Shown: positions 28,810 to 42,824, counted from the first letter of the stretch. The stretch is 64,000 nucleotides of DNA from Corallochytrium limacisporum Hawaii (GCA_002811645.1 PDIP01000017.1:62001-126000), one strand, 5' to 3'. The notes: generated by a model not told the origin, from the letters alone. Numbers and translations are program-made.

Positions 28810-31800
28810 GGCAGTTCAAATTTATTGAAAGAAGTTGCTCACCACGAGTGATTAGACCATGAATTCGGAAAGTGTTGAAGAGGGCGACCCGGAAGGATCC
28901 TTGCTAAATAGGCGAACGGTTAGCCCAACCCGCTAGACCTCAGCGTACGTGCACAACAACGCACACAACATGTATCATCCGAATCACAAACACTACACTG
29001 TCGCAACGGAGAGGTGTTCACACTCCGGGCGTTTGCTTAAAAGGGGGTACCTTTCCACCCCCTGCGTGGCAGCCATATGGCTTGTACGAGACGCCGATGC
29101 CTGGAACCCTAAGAGTTTGGTGAGGGCTTTGGTCGGGTGTGCAGAAGCTCCCACCATTGGCTGAGCCCCGCGATCTTTCGACAAAGGAGATTCGGGCAGT
29201 AAATCAAGTACAAATCATGAATGTATCGGGAGTCTAATTTTCACCTACTTTTCTTTTTTTAAGATCCTTTGACGCCGGCGCGGGGTCTAGGTCACATTTG
29301 ACTGGTGTTGGTGCTAGCAATAAATTCTTCCCAAAAATGGCATGCTACAAGCCATATACAGGCAGAGACTCTCCAGTGGTGATTAGACTGTGGAGAACGT
29401 AGTGTACGTCTTCGATTGTGAGTACTCAGAAGCTCCGCTTCTGAAGGGGTGATGAGCACCATGCTCGCGGTTCCTTATCCTAAGGCTCTATCGTGCTGCA
29501 CCATATGGGGTCTACACTTGTGAACATGTCCTCTGTTGGTCAGAGGCTGAAGCTCACACCGCGATTGGAGAACCAGAGTCTGGCGTCGACACCTAATTTC
29601 CTCTGCCCCAGAACGAACATCCTGTGTGCATCCAGTGCTAGGGGTAAATAGAATGGTGAAGTCGCATGCTGATCGCAGATAGTAATCATTTGTTTCAGAC
29701 GGGCCAAATTAAATCTTTCAATTTCCCTTGTGAGACGTGTGGTTGCGAGCACATACGTATGCACCTGACACTGCTACTGACTGATGGAGATGATTGGGGG
29801 TTCAGCCCATGTGGTATCAATTGATCCGCCAATACCGCCTAATGTGTGTGCATCCAAAGAATAAGGTTGGGAAAGATTTGGCGACAGCCCTACTTTTAGC
29901 TTCCTGTCCTTTGGATGCAGTAACAGACACAATCTGTTGGATGCGACTAAGGGTTGGGCTCACCGCCACAGTACGAAAGACCCACATGCTAGGTATGAGG
30001 AGGCGCCATTCTGTTTCGTCTACATGGAGAGTGACAGTGTCCCAACCGCACTAACCCCACCTGCTAAGTAAGGCTGCATCTCGCATCTAGTTTCACATGC
30101 TCTCTCGTTCGACCATATCTCTCGCATCGCTATCAAGTGTATTACAACCCTTTTACACTTGCGTCGACCAGACGGAATGATCACCAGAGAAGGCGTATAT
30201 CAGCGCAATGGTTCTGCCATAGTGCACACTGCTAACACAGTTACGCCCATCACAAAAGTCATCATGGCCTTCCTTTCACCGCGCTACCAGCGAGGCCTCA
30301 TGGCCATTCTCAACAGCAATATCCGAATAGAGAGCGACCGCCTTGAAGACAGACCTGTATCTTCCAAAGAAAGGATCGTCTTTCGGAGTCCTGCTACTGG
30401 CGCTTTCGTGTCCTTTGTCTCTTGATCACCCGCGCATTCGGAGCAGCTCCAGTGCGACTTGCGACTGAAGCTTCAACTGACAGCGGCGTAGGACTCTTGC
30501 TGGAAGCATCGATACATCAGCAGAACATGACTGCACGGCGGCTACTCAATCCTTCCGTACATACATCATAGGCAGGTGGTCGTGCAACGGACACATTCTG
30601 CGATAGAGATATACCAGAACGCTGCTGACAGACGGGGATGATATGTGGGGACAGATTCCAATGCATTCGCGCAGCCGCTCGTCTTACTTTCTTACGGCAA
30701 TGATGATTTTGGGTGCCGGCTTTGCTCCTGCATACTGTTGAAGGCCATGTTTCCGCATGCCTGTCAGTGTGCTGTCACCAAAGAGGATACAACGTTCGGC
30801 CAGAATGATTTTTTGGCTTGTGGTCTAAGATATTGAAACTGATCTCCCTCGTGTCGAAGGAGCGGTAAAATTTTTTCGCTGGTTATCTATTCATGAAAGC
30901 GAAAGCAATGGAACCGTGACGGTGTGGTGTGCCGTGCTTTGAGCTCGTCTAATCCCTAAGACTCTATGACGCCGTCAGCTGAAGCACATACGCAGACCCT
31001 CTTTCACATATACATGAGACAGGGAAACATCGGTCCGACAGCCACAGGTTAAAGCTCATCGAGTGCGGGGGCGCTGCAACTATTTCCTTTACGAGGCTTT
31101 CAGGTGAGATAAATACGAACTGTGGAAGCAGCAACAAGAACCAATCGATCACAAGAAAAACGAGGACAGGCCTCTCTAAAAAAAACCCCCAATGTCCACG
31201 GTGGAAGAATACCTCCCCTGACCCTCCCTTTCCAGCTCTTTTACTGTCGTCAACAACGCCTACTGGCGTTAGGAAATGTGCACCCTTTGCTCTCAGCAAG
31301 TACTGCCCTCGTGGTCGATTAGCGCGAAAATTTCCGAGCAGGGCAAACTGTTAAGAAACCTCACACGACATTGGCAAAAGAAGACTCATCCCGCACATGT
31401 TGCATCTGTGATGAATATAATACATATTGCTAAAGGTTTCTCATATCGAAAGAGTGGTCTCCTACAAAGCGATGACTGTCCCCTGCGATAAGGTGTGGGC
31501 AAAGATTCTCAATGCGAAAGCGATGATGGCTACGACTATGGACACGCACAACCTTACCTCTCTGCTGATGATGTGCGGGGCTGAACAATCACAATCATTA
31601 ACACTCTAGCTTGGTGCTGATGCATGAGTTCTGTGTTAATGGCAAGAACCAGACAAAAGGTCTGAGAAGAATGCGGATAAACGAGACCTCACGATGATGA
31701 TGTGAAACAGTCATCATCGGACCGCCTCCACATGCTTTATGATGAATGGGGGAGATTCCTCCCTGTGTATTACACCCCATGACTGTTCGCCCCATGGCAC

Positions 31801-34800
31801 CCCCTGCCACTAATCTGGCACTTGTACCCCGGACTGATACCAATTGAAAAGTCCGACGTGTACACACGTACGCAGAGACACAGGCAACACCAACACGATC
31901 CCCCTATATCACAGGACCTTTCTTTTCGGGTGCGCCTGTGAGGTCATCGAGTAGGCTGTTGGAAACATCTCTAATGTTGACGATGACCATGAGCTGGTTG
32001 TGGTGGCTTCAGTAGAAGCAACAGAGTATCTTGTTGACATAAAGATGTCCGTACCGAGCTCAAGATCTTTTAGTCATCTAGTACTACGGGTTTGGACACC
32101 ATGAGCACAGCGGAAGGGGTCGGAGTGATAGAAAAGTGCCCCGGCTGTTGTTCGTTTGAGCTGCAGAAAGGTCTATTTTCAAATCCCTACTGACGACCAG
32201 TGGGTCGTCGTCGATGATCATCGCGGCAAATCATTTCGTTGTGGCTGGTGATAATCTGAGCATTGACAAGTCATCCGTACAATTACCATAATATCTCCTC
32301 TTCGCACATTGTTCGTCGGTCCTCCCAAACAAATTGCACCAATGGTGCAAACAGTGGACCCTGTGGTGCGCAAATGCGGCAGCCACACCCGCACATGGTC
32401 ACTTCGCCTACATCTGGGCATCTGACGGGCAAATATAAGGTGGGCGTTAGAGCTCTATGGCCCAAGTTGAGGTGCAATTGATGTGGCAGGTTTCTAAACG
32501 TGCGCACTAGTTATCTTGTACAGTACCAGAGTTCTTTAGCTTCTGCATTTATGTGCATATGTTCTGCACAACATCAGGAGACACCAACTCGGGCGCGCCT
32601 CCAATTTCACCACACCCGTGTGTTCGTCTGTTTTTCCGAAAGTTCTTATCAGCACCCGTTCTCTGGAGTTTTGTTTGGTCAGTAATGAATATGCGTTTTA
32701 AATTACATGAATGAGTACATGAATGAATGAAATGTAGAGACGCTTGGCGTGAATTGTGTGTAACAAACGGAAACGGAGAGAACAAAGACGGTCCGCTTGT
32801 GCCATATACAATGTTCTATTTCTGTGAATATACCCGTGGAAAGAACAGGGACGACCAAGCATTACGTGTATAAAGCTAACTCAGAGACCAAAGCTGGTTG
32901 TGTTTGTTGCAAATACAGGCTATGCCTGACTGAGAATGGACGCCTACAAAGAACACAGAAGCCGACATTGCACATGTGCCGAGGCGCTCATTCATGACCA
33001 TATACTGCAACGAAGGCATATCGTCACCAAGCATAAATGCGTCAATCCTCCGCGTCTGTTGTATGTTGTCTAGTACATTTGGCGGGATTGCATGTCTATG
33101 GTAGACGAAAACATTGGGAAAGGTCCAAAGCAAATTGAAACCTCTGAGATGCCCTCCCTGGTGCATGTGTGGTTAGTGGGCTCCGTTGCTGTGCTGCTGC
33201 ACTTACTAGAGGGCTACGTCAGGTACTCGTGCACAGAAGCTAGGTGGGATTCATAAATTGCTTTATGGAAACGGAGTTGTTTCACACAAAAAATCAGAAA
33301 CAGTGTGTTCTCTGGGCATTGGCCTGTAACCCGAAGTGCCCAACCACGAACCGGATGGGGACAACGAGAAACTATGCCTGAAGTCGTTTTCTGAACTCAT
33401 TTTCTGCTATCCTACTGGTCACATATCCCTGGACTGCACATGCACACTCCACCCCCGCATAGGAACGTGTTACGTAACAGGCACAGGGGCGCCACACAGA
33501 CCACTTCATCACGTCTACGATGTCCGGGACCTAATGCACCACCACTGATGCCATAGAGATCAACACATTCTCTTTGCTATCAGCAGAAGGGTGGGTATGG
33601 CTCGAACGCGGGTTTCCTTGCGGGTCCAGGTTTTCCCGTTGTGGGCTGGGTACCCGGACTCTTGTGAGGTCCAGGCGCCAAAAGACGCTTTTTGGGTGGC
33701 TAATGGAGTTCGTTATGAGTGGGCTATGGGCCAGCTGGCAATGGGCCCGTGTTTTTGAGTGGGTAGAGTGTGTGGGGCACTGGGGGGAGTAATGACTGTT
33801 CTATGGTAGGAAGGGGCGAATCCTTCTGTGCCACCCTTTTTTTTCTGCTTTGCATTGCGAAACAGTGGAATAGTTATGCCATTCTGAGCACAAGGGAAGA
33901 CAACGCGCGCCCCAACAACGAAGGCTTGTCCAAAAAAGTATTTTTGACTTCCGTACAGGAAAATTTCTCATTGAATTGCACATAGATTTTCTGGTCATGA
34001 TGAAACATAGAGATACAGACTTGCCAGCTGCTGATTTGAACACCAACGACAGCAGCGGCTGCAGCAAAGTAGCGCAACGTACCATCAAGAATTGAGGAAA
34101 AGACAAAAAAAACGGCTTCGGTACCTCACCAGGCCCGGCCGTTCCTTTCTTTATTGCTCAGTGTTTGCAAAATTCAACACCGAAGAAAAATTTCGAAATG
34201 TTTCAATGGACAAAGACAGCTGTTTGTTTGGGACTTTTTTTTTTTCGTCACGCTCGAGATCCCTTCCTGCCCGAGCCTTTCATTGGCCCCGTAAATTGCT
34301 CAACTCGAGCCTTCAATTCGGCACGCTGAGCAGTTCCAGGAGGACACGCCGCCATAAGGAACGGCACAGTGCGATTTGAAGCAAAAGATCACAGTCCCGA
34401 AAAACAATATGACATCCGTCGCAATTCGAATACCAGAGTTATTGGCAGCGGGCATATGTAACTGCGTCCAGGGAGCGGGCCATATGGTAGGCACATGTGC
34501 ATAAATGCCTCGGTAATGTCTGCTCCGGAGGTGGACACACAAAAACCACACACACAGAGATCAACCTCAAACCCCGGGCAATATATGATCTTGCCGTTAC
34601 CGCGGATCGTAGTCACCAACTGTGCTTCAACGGTGGGATTTGAAGGAGCGGGAGCAGCAATCACTCTCTCTATCGCAAGGTCTCCACTCTTGCCTACAAC
34701 CACACCAAGAATTTTTTTTTGCCGCTCCCCCGTTTCCTCCAACGATGTTCAACTGACCGGCCTATGTTTCAGTGAGCATGGCACTTTCATTCAAGGATGA

Positions 34801-35278
34801 AATGAATTTTAAAGAGGCACTGGTATTTATCACACGAGTGAGAAAGAAAGGTTCGCAGGGGATGAATGAGGACGGCACCACCACCGGCTACTCCGGTGGA
34901 TACCTGCAGGAAGTACCAGTCGGAACTCGGATATCCTCGTGTGAACTGTTAGGGAGACTGCTGAAGGAAACTACCAACAAAACTAGAAGACTTTTTTTCT
35001 TCCTGCTAATGGTACACTCAGAGATATTTCTGCCATTCAGTGATGATCATTGGACAACACGATGTGCCTCGGTTTGCATCGGGCTGTGAACACGTAACCT
35101 GTACACCTTTATGTAACGCAAAAACAGAAGATGATATTAAATATGTGCAAGCTATGATGTATATTTATGGTCTGGTCACAAAGCCGAATGTGAAGACGGT
35201 CCCACACTCCATCGGAAATCGCCGTTCGATCTCTCGTGCGGCGACCTCTATTTTACCTGCTGCGCTGTGGTCCCCCCC

Positions 35279-35354
35279 NNNNNNNNNNNNNNNNNNNNNN
35301 NNNNNNNNNNNNNNNNNNNNNNNNNNNNNNNNNNNNNNNNNNNNNNNNNNNNNN
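35279..35354. other. Assembly gap with duplicated flanks
   Basis: 76 N. Segment 35224-35278 is repeated almost exactly at 35355-35413, and both copies end in poly-C. Confidence 0.95.
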
Positions 35355-38300
35355 GTTCGATCTCTCGTGCGGCGCCCTCTATTTTACCTGCTGCGCTGTG
35401 CCCCCCCCCCCCCGCCGGCACCGAGTTTCTGGACCATGCCGGCCACTACATACCATCAGGAGAGCTTCCATGGCTAGGAACGAAACTTTTCCTAAGTCAG
35501 CCGTGCGAGGTGTTAGAATTCGCATGCGGAAGCCAACCCTTGCTGGTGATGTGCGTGTCGGTTTGGAAACGGGGAAGTCATTGTGGTGCGAATAGTATAG
35601 ATATGTTGACTAAAATGCCAATCCGCCATTGGAGCCTGTCCGGTGACAGAAAATCACCGACACAAGTGCAAACGTATCCTCACACTATTCTCAGTTCAAA
35701 GCGTGAAAGGTATCTTAGGTGTTCGAACCCGCACTGCCCTCCCGAACACAGCAAGGGCTTGTTCTATGGGATGGAATTCCATGGTAAACATTGAGGCGGT
35801 GGACCCCCTTAGATGCGTGTGTTTCGTGGAAGGTCTGTGTCTGCTGTGGCCTGGAGGGGGTTGGAGTGTGCGGTCTATGCGACAAGAGGGGGTCCTTGGG
35901 CGGGAGGCTGGTGGTGGTGGAGGGGTTCTTTTTTTTTTTGGTTTTGATTCGTTTTTCATCGTAGATCCAGTACCATTGGAGTGCCAGGAGAGCCCCAGAG
36001 AACCTCCAAAAGGAGGGGGGTTACAAATGACGATGGTGGGCGATCGCCGTCGTCATCCCATCCCGTCGCGCTTTCTTGTTTCGTTCGTGTATGTCTCTAT
36101 TTGTGACAACAGATGCTTGCAAGTCAACACCAAGAACACGTTGTCCTCGTGCCAGACGTTCCTAATGTGTTCTCGCACCATTCTAGTGCGCATTGGTGAC
36201 GATGGGCTTATTCACCTTCCCGTGTTAACTGTCGGAAAAATATGGAACAACTGTATAGTTTCAACATCACAATCACTGCCATTATCACCAGCCGGAGTTG
36301 CACCGGGGCCGCGAGACCAGAACGGACCCTACAGAGACAGAACAGGGTCGATTCGGTAGAAAGGCCCGGAGATATACAGGAAGTTTTGCCCTGCCCACTT
36401 GCTAACATTTCTAAAATAGAACGCGAGGGATATCAGAGCACAAGGAAATGCTCTGCTGCTGCGATGCCACGGGTCCCAATCCTGCATTTATTTCGTTTCC
36501 TGCCGCTATATTGTTTTTCATTTTGTTGACCTTGGTAAGTCCTCACGGTCCATCACCCCAAACTTACATCATCTCCCCGCAGGAGTTGGCAAGAGATTGC
36601 TAGCTGGCAGGGAGTTCTTAATAGCACACGCTCATGATCACCTTCCTTCCTTGGTTGCTTCCATGGCCAAGGACACAAAACTGCCGACGATTTCCTTGTA
36701 ACTTACCACCAACTCGTGCGACCCTTGCTCGCTTGTAACAAAGAACATGGCATACAAAGTACATACAATAGAATTTCCCTACTCCAGAAGGCAGGCGGAC
36801 ATTGCCGCATATTGACAATCTCAACAGTTGATCTTTTGCTCTCCTGCACAAGTATCAACCATGTGCGCCATGAAATTGCCATATCCTCCGAAAGAAAACA
36901 CAAGAAAAGTTGAAAGCTGGAAGGACTTACTAAGAATTTAACGGCATCCGTCAGAAACAAAAAAAAACACAAATGTATACACGAGGAAAAATTGTAGTAA
37001 GAAACATACGGAAACCTGGGCACAATGAATATGCAGGCTTACGCGAACTGTTTCGCTTCCATTTTTCCGACCATGTGCACCGTGCGCCGATTATTCTACT
37101 ATATTACCTTTTCCAAGTGATAAGTGCACCATCAGCTCCAATAGGAAGGGATGTGATGCTTGGACCACGTTCTGATGGCAGTACACAAGCCGCTAGACTT
37201 CCAGCCCGAAGCTTCGATCTATTCCTCCGCTGAAATTACCCTATGTTTCATGGTATACATTCGTGCCCTATGATTCTTCTTTCTTGTGTCAAATTGATAG
37301 GGCACCTGTTCCAAAACTCCACTACCAACCCTGTTACAGAGAACAACTTTAGAGTCTCCATATATACTCTCCGTGTACGTGACGTGTGTCAATCCACAGT
37401 AGAGGCACGCAAAGAGGAGATCCTCTGTAGCTGTTGTACGAAGAAACAGCAAGTCCGAACGCTGGGTCTTGAGGTTTTCCCTCCGGTTGTTATCACGGGG
37501 AAGGGCACAAGTTCAATCTGGTTTCCGCTGACGCAGCCACATACCCTGGGTATGCACGGCCAACCGTAACACCTGAACCGCTTTGACCATTTCATCGAAA
37601 CCCACCCGATCTGGATTAAATAACAAACCTTCCTAATAAGGCAAGTAAATATGCAGAGAAAAGTAAACTGTCAAGGTTGGTACCCGGTGCATTTTCTGGC
37701 TTCACCAAGAGTGCGCGCTGGCGAGACGTTCGAAAGCGATGGTGGCCTTGGCTCCCTGTGGCATCATATTCTTACAAAATGACCCGTGTTGCTAATGTCT
37801 CCCCATTGTTTATGTGTCCATTTCTTTTCTTGCACGGTTCATCAGAAAATTTGGCGCCCAGGAGTCGCCTGCGTCGCAGTCAATGTCTGTGCTGTTGAAA
37901 TTGTACCACTGTAGGAGAGGTGGAATGCATAAAAAAATGAGAACGAGATGAATACGAGTACTTTTGTGAAATTCGCTGTCAAAATCAAGAGATTTTCCCC
38001 CTCCTCTCTTCGATACAAACCTCAGAGACGGTATGCGCAGCAGCGAAATGAAACTTTTCTGAATCTGGGTCCTCTACGTCTCCAGGCAGCTAGCCACAGA
38101 CATCGTTTCTAAAGACATTAAAAGAAAGATTGCAGTTTGCTCTGGTTCCATTTCAATAGTAAATATATGAATATGTTTAGAGCCCACGTTGGAAATTCTT
38201 CAACGTGCCATATGCGAGGGTTAAGATTCAATAAAAGGGGGGGGGCGGGTGCGTGATCACTCTCGACAAGTTAAAAACCACAGGCTTCATATGCTCTGGC

Positions 38301-41300
38301 CGCCCAAGGGTTCCTCACTTCTACCAAATCTATTTGGGGTGTTTGTGTATGCCGTCGTTTCTTACCGCCCCCACATATACAAGTCTAAAAACACGGCACA
38401 CTTATCAAGGTAGTTTGGGGCGAAAACCAAAACGGAGTTCACGGCATTGGGTACCGATACTAATGCTACTATTGATGATGCAATATGCGTATCTTCTATA
38501 GAAAGTGGTGACTCGTCCTCCATCCCTCCGACCTTACTTGTCGCGTTCTCTAAACCTCGTTATCTGCTCTGCGCACATGTAAAGTATGCTCTTCGCATGA
38601 GCCTGTACTGGGCTGCTCCCTCAAACGTGTGTAGGCAGAGAAGGGATTCCGCCCGCAAATTTGCCTCTCCCGGCACTCTTCCGCATGCCCTGAAACTGTG
38701 TGCCACCCAACTCCCGCCCCACTTTGGTGCATACTTATGCTTCTCCGTTTCTCGTTCAAGTCATGTGTTGTTAACCGGGCGTAGGCAGAAGGTAAGAAAA
38801 AAACTCACTTTCTCCCTCACGCTGCAGTTTTGCGAGAGGCACTTTTCTTGATTCTCGATTCCGGTGAGGAAGACAAAAGGGAGAAAATTTTCATTCTCGT
38901 CCACTGTCAGCTGTGCAGGGGTTTCCTTTCTCACAAGGATAGTTAGGTTCTTCCTATACTAAATGTACAGTGCCTCTTTTGAACTTGTGAAGTACTGGCG
39001 AAATCGGTGGCGGAGTTCTCAGCAATGAAGTAGGCGACGGAGTGAGGAAAACGAGACCTGCTGAGTCCTTCACTCTTCCGAACCTCGTCATCACTAACAA
39101 CCACCGCCCATCAGCTTCAGTTTCATCGTCATCATGGAGCAGGAGAGTTCTAGCAGTAGATGACCAACACTTGGTAGCTATACAGCCGGTATAGGAGGAT
39201 GTCCACGGCTACGTGTCTGTTGTGTGTCTGTGTGTCTGTGCCTACTGCGGTGTTTGTCGTTGTCGGCACGATGGATGGTTGGTGGTGGTGGATGGATTTC
39301 ATGGCGATGATGCATAGCTATTGAAGAGGAGACACACATTGTAGACATACATAGTGACATGGAGATTGCGCGCGTGTCCGTGAGTGAATGTATCGATCAT
39401 AAGGCACGATTGATCATCAACCCAAACCATGTCGACTTCAAGCCCAATTCATGTACACCATTCGTTGACTATAGAAAGATACTTCGATGTGGACGGCGAA
39501 GAGTGATGCGGCAGCCTAAGAGGAGGGAAATAAAAGTTTTGGCGGCCGCAGCCACGCACTACCTCCGGGATGTATCGATCATTCATGGGTACAAATCCAC
39601 GTTAATGAGGCATTCTCTTCCATGTGGGTGCCGAAACCCTTGCCATAACCCTTGCGCTCCGACCACGTCGTGGGTTGTGTTGCATAGTGCTAGTACTGAC
39701 CTGAATCGCGGGGTGTTGGTGGTTAATTGTGATGTATGGTCGCCATTACTCTTTCATATCCTAGCGCTCAGCTTCCGTTGTGGGGCTGCCTACCGCCCAA
39801 ATAAATTTTTCATTGTCTTGACCGCCAGCGAAGCCAATAACGAGACTGCGAAGGCTCGCAGTCATTTATGTACCTATGGCACCAGTTTCGTTCTCAACTA
39901 CCTCGCCATACTTCTGCGGTTGAAACCCTTTCCCTTGGGATACTCGCCCCGGTTGGGGGGGGGAGTGCAGGGAGAGGAGCACATGCGCGTTGCAGAAGAA
40001 ATTTCCTTGAATTAACTTCGCTTTCGTCAGGTCTGTCCTCATTTGCCCTGCCCTACCGGGTCCAAACGCACTCAAAAGTCACCGCTTCAAATCTCTCAGA
40101 AGAAATTTTCATGCCATTTTCGTGGCCTGTTAAGTACTGATCGTGATGATCGGCTACGGGTACAATGACTGGACTATGGACATTTCAGTGTTGAACAATG
40201 TACCGGCAGTAGGTACATGAAACTCCTCATGTGGAGGTCCAGTGTGAGATAAGTGTTCTGATTTCCATACTAAACATCCCACAATATTCTGACAGGAAGG
40301 TGTGGTTTGCCATTTCTGTTATCCTTGCTACCATCCCTTCAGAACGGCGGCAGTGGACCGACCACTGTACAGACACTCTTCTATGGTAAAAGCTTGGGAA
40401 AATTTTTATCTTGCCCTTCTTCCTGAAATCCCCTAGCGGCCTGATAGACCAAGGCGAGAATTGTGTTCGGGTGATTGAGCAGAAAAGTCTTTAGATTCGA
40501 GGCTTTGGCACCAGAAATTTTTCTTTTGTTCTCTCGGTTTGTGCCATACGGGAGATGGGACCTCCCCATGCTAAGTGGGGTGGGATGGGGTGGGGAGGGA
40601 ACCTGGTGGCCCGTCAAAATTTGCAGTCTGGCCATATTCCCCTGTGTCCACTCGCCCTTCTCTTGGCCAGTCAACGTCTGCTGATATACTCTTCGACGCC
40701 GCCGCCCTCCGTTCCTCCACCCGGGTTTATCCGGTTTGGAGCTCTACGTCTCTAGATTTTTATTTTGTCTCTCCTAAAACTCAGGAATCAATTTAATGGT
40801 AAATGTATTGGAGATTCTCAGCTAGCGCGCGAGATAAATCCTCTCTTAATATCACTATTGTCACTATCTCTCAAGAGGATCAAGTGCGGCGCCAGAAAAA
40901 AAACGTGGCAAGGGGGAAAGGGCTACGTGGACTTTGCCGTCGGTTCGCGTGTTGCATATGTCTTAACTCTTAATCAGCGGACTCTTGGAGAATGTTCATG
41001 AATATATTCAGTATAATTTCAGTATTCTACGAACATTGCAGTAGCACTGGTAGGTGTCCATGGCCAACTAGACACGCCCTTCTGTAACATCATCCGAACT
41101 TCATTATTTTGACAATGATTAACTCAATCTTTATTCCGCTGCGAACAACCACGTTCTCCTGTTCGATACTGCGATACCCTAGGAACTTCACGTTGATGAA
41201 CCATAATTTCAAGTTTAGACCCTTTGGTGCTGAGCAGTGCTACCTGTTTATCCTCAGTAGTGCCTGGAGTTTCCGAGCTTCCTGCGGTAATATACCCAAA

Positions 41301-41670
41301 GAATTTTTGCCTTATGGGCACCTCATGAACGGGCGTGAGAAGCAAAGACAGGGGCAAAAACGTGAAAGTGAGGACAGCAGAGTGCAGCAAGGGTGCCGCG
41401 CTCTTTTACGGCTATCGACCCTACTAGCTTAGATTAGGGGCGATCCCACACGCATTGCTGCAGTACGGCACCAGCGACAGGCTAATCCATGCTCTATGTC
41501 CGTATTTGTAGGCGACGCAAGGGGTGACGATGGATCACTGGTGGGGGTTTCGCGATGATGAAAAACACGCTCCATGCTAAACGTGTTCTCGCAAACTGTA
41601 CGCATGTGTACGGGACATAAAGAATATTCGGTGAGGTGGACAGAAGTGCACAGTAACGGACTGACGAATT

Positions 41671-41712
41671 GAGAGAGAGCGAGAGAGAGAGAGAGAGAGT
41701 GTGTGTGTGTGT
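41671..41712. repeat. Compound (GA)n(GT)n microsatellite
   Basis: Direct reading of the sequence. Confidence 0.95.
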
Positions 41713-42120
41713 GGCACAGATCTCACAAGCCCTTTTCGCCAACGGCCGATGGTTGATGCGGAAGCTGTTCTCACACGGCGGGTGGGATGGGCGACCAGCC
41801 AGTGAGGCTGGGATGGGCGGCCAGACAGCTGGGCAGGGCGATCGGTTGTCTATCCTTTCAGTTTACTTTCTCTGCCCTTTCATTTTTTGAAACTCTTCGC
41901 TTTCCGTGGCACACTGCGCGGCTTTCCTGGAGCATTGGGGAGAGCGACGAAGAATTTTTTTTTGGGTTTGCCTTGTCCGCAAAGCCCCCCCACTTTCCAC
42001 TCGTCGGCCTCGCCCCTCATCCTCGCCCACTTTCTTTCTCTTTTTTTCCCCCACTTTCCCTATCTCTCGTTCTGTGTGGTTCGCAGAGAGTGGGGGCGTT
42101 TTTCCTCAAGTGACGCAGTC

Positions 42121-42260
42121 CGGGGAAAAAGGGGGAAAGGCGGCCAAGTGACACACCCGAGGCGGGGAGGGCTGGCCCGGGGAAGAGGAAGGGAAGGGGG
42201 GGGGGGGGAAGGGGGGAGAGGCTGAGAACAGAGTTGGGAGAGGAGAAGGGGGGGAGGGGG
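42121..42260 (+). promoter_or_regulatory. Polypurine G-run tract with G-quadruplex potential, upstream of the small ORF
   Basis: More than 8 runs of at least 3 G, separated by short A-rich loops. Confidence 0.45.
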
Positions 42261-42650
42261 AAAGCCAAGAACGAAAAATTTTGCCCGTTGCCAGTACGGT
42301 AGTTTCACTATAGGGAAAGGGTCTGAGCGGAGCAATAGCTGGGAGGGGGGAAGAGTCGGACAAGAGTGTGTGTACAGGCGCACGATTCTTTGTTAGTGTT
42401 GTCTTTGGGCAGCGTGTCTCGAGTGGGGAGAGGAGGTTTGCACCCGGGGTAACTCTGTTGCAGTGGTGGTTTGGGGACCTTCTGTCCCAGGTACTTAAGA
42501 AATACAGCGTGACGTGTTCATAGTGATAAGACAATTCACGGAGATCCAAACAGGCGACTTTAAAGAATCAAAAAGGCGAACAAGAAATCAGAACTTTCTC
42601 TCAACGAGAACAGCACAAATTTGAAATTGGAACACATCACCGACAGACTT

Positions 42651-42824
42651 ATGAACATCAGAATGGAGCGTGACTACAGTGTTGAAAGCCAAAGCGACGT
42701 CCGCCGCCGCATGCGCCGCAATGCCATCTGGGCGGACGAGAAGAGCAGCGAAGACCTGCGTCAAGTACGGGAAATGTATGGTGTGTACGCCCTGGAACAT
42801 GAAAACTCCGAGGAGCACCGCTAA
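42651..42824 (+). CDS. 57-aa microprotein with PKI-like pseudosubstrate motif (RRMRRNAI)
   Basis: GC3-rich, coding-like codons; A-rich leader before it and AT-rich trailer after it. RxxRRNAI is the PKA-inhibitor core motif. Confidence 0.6.
   Translation: MNIRMERDYSVESQSDVRRRMRRNAIWADEKSSEDLRQVREMYGVYALEHENSEEHR

Noticed and set aside
30150-30570. Coding-looking stretch in the desert
   Set aside because: The frames I translated are short or interrupted by stops and show no recognisable motif.
35224-35413. Direct repeat flanking the small gap
   Set aside because: Most likely unmerged overlapping contig ends at a poly-C tract, not a biological repeat.
35715-35745. GTTCGAACCC tRNA T-loop/B-box-like motif
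   Set aside because: No T-stem pairing or cloverleaf on either strand.
35643-40015. ORFs of 238 aa (35643-36359) and 218 aa (39359-40015)
   Set aside because: Atypical composition, no domains and no codon bias; the first also runs through homopolymer tracts.
41525-42515. TGACG half-CRE sites upstream of the PKI-like ORF (possible cAMP feedback)
   Set aside because: Four 5-mers in about 1 kb is close to chance expectation, and there is no full TGACGTCA.
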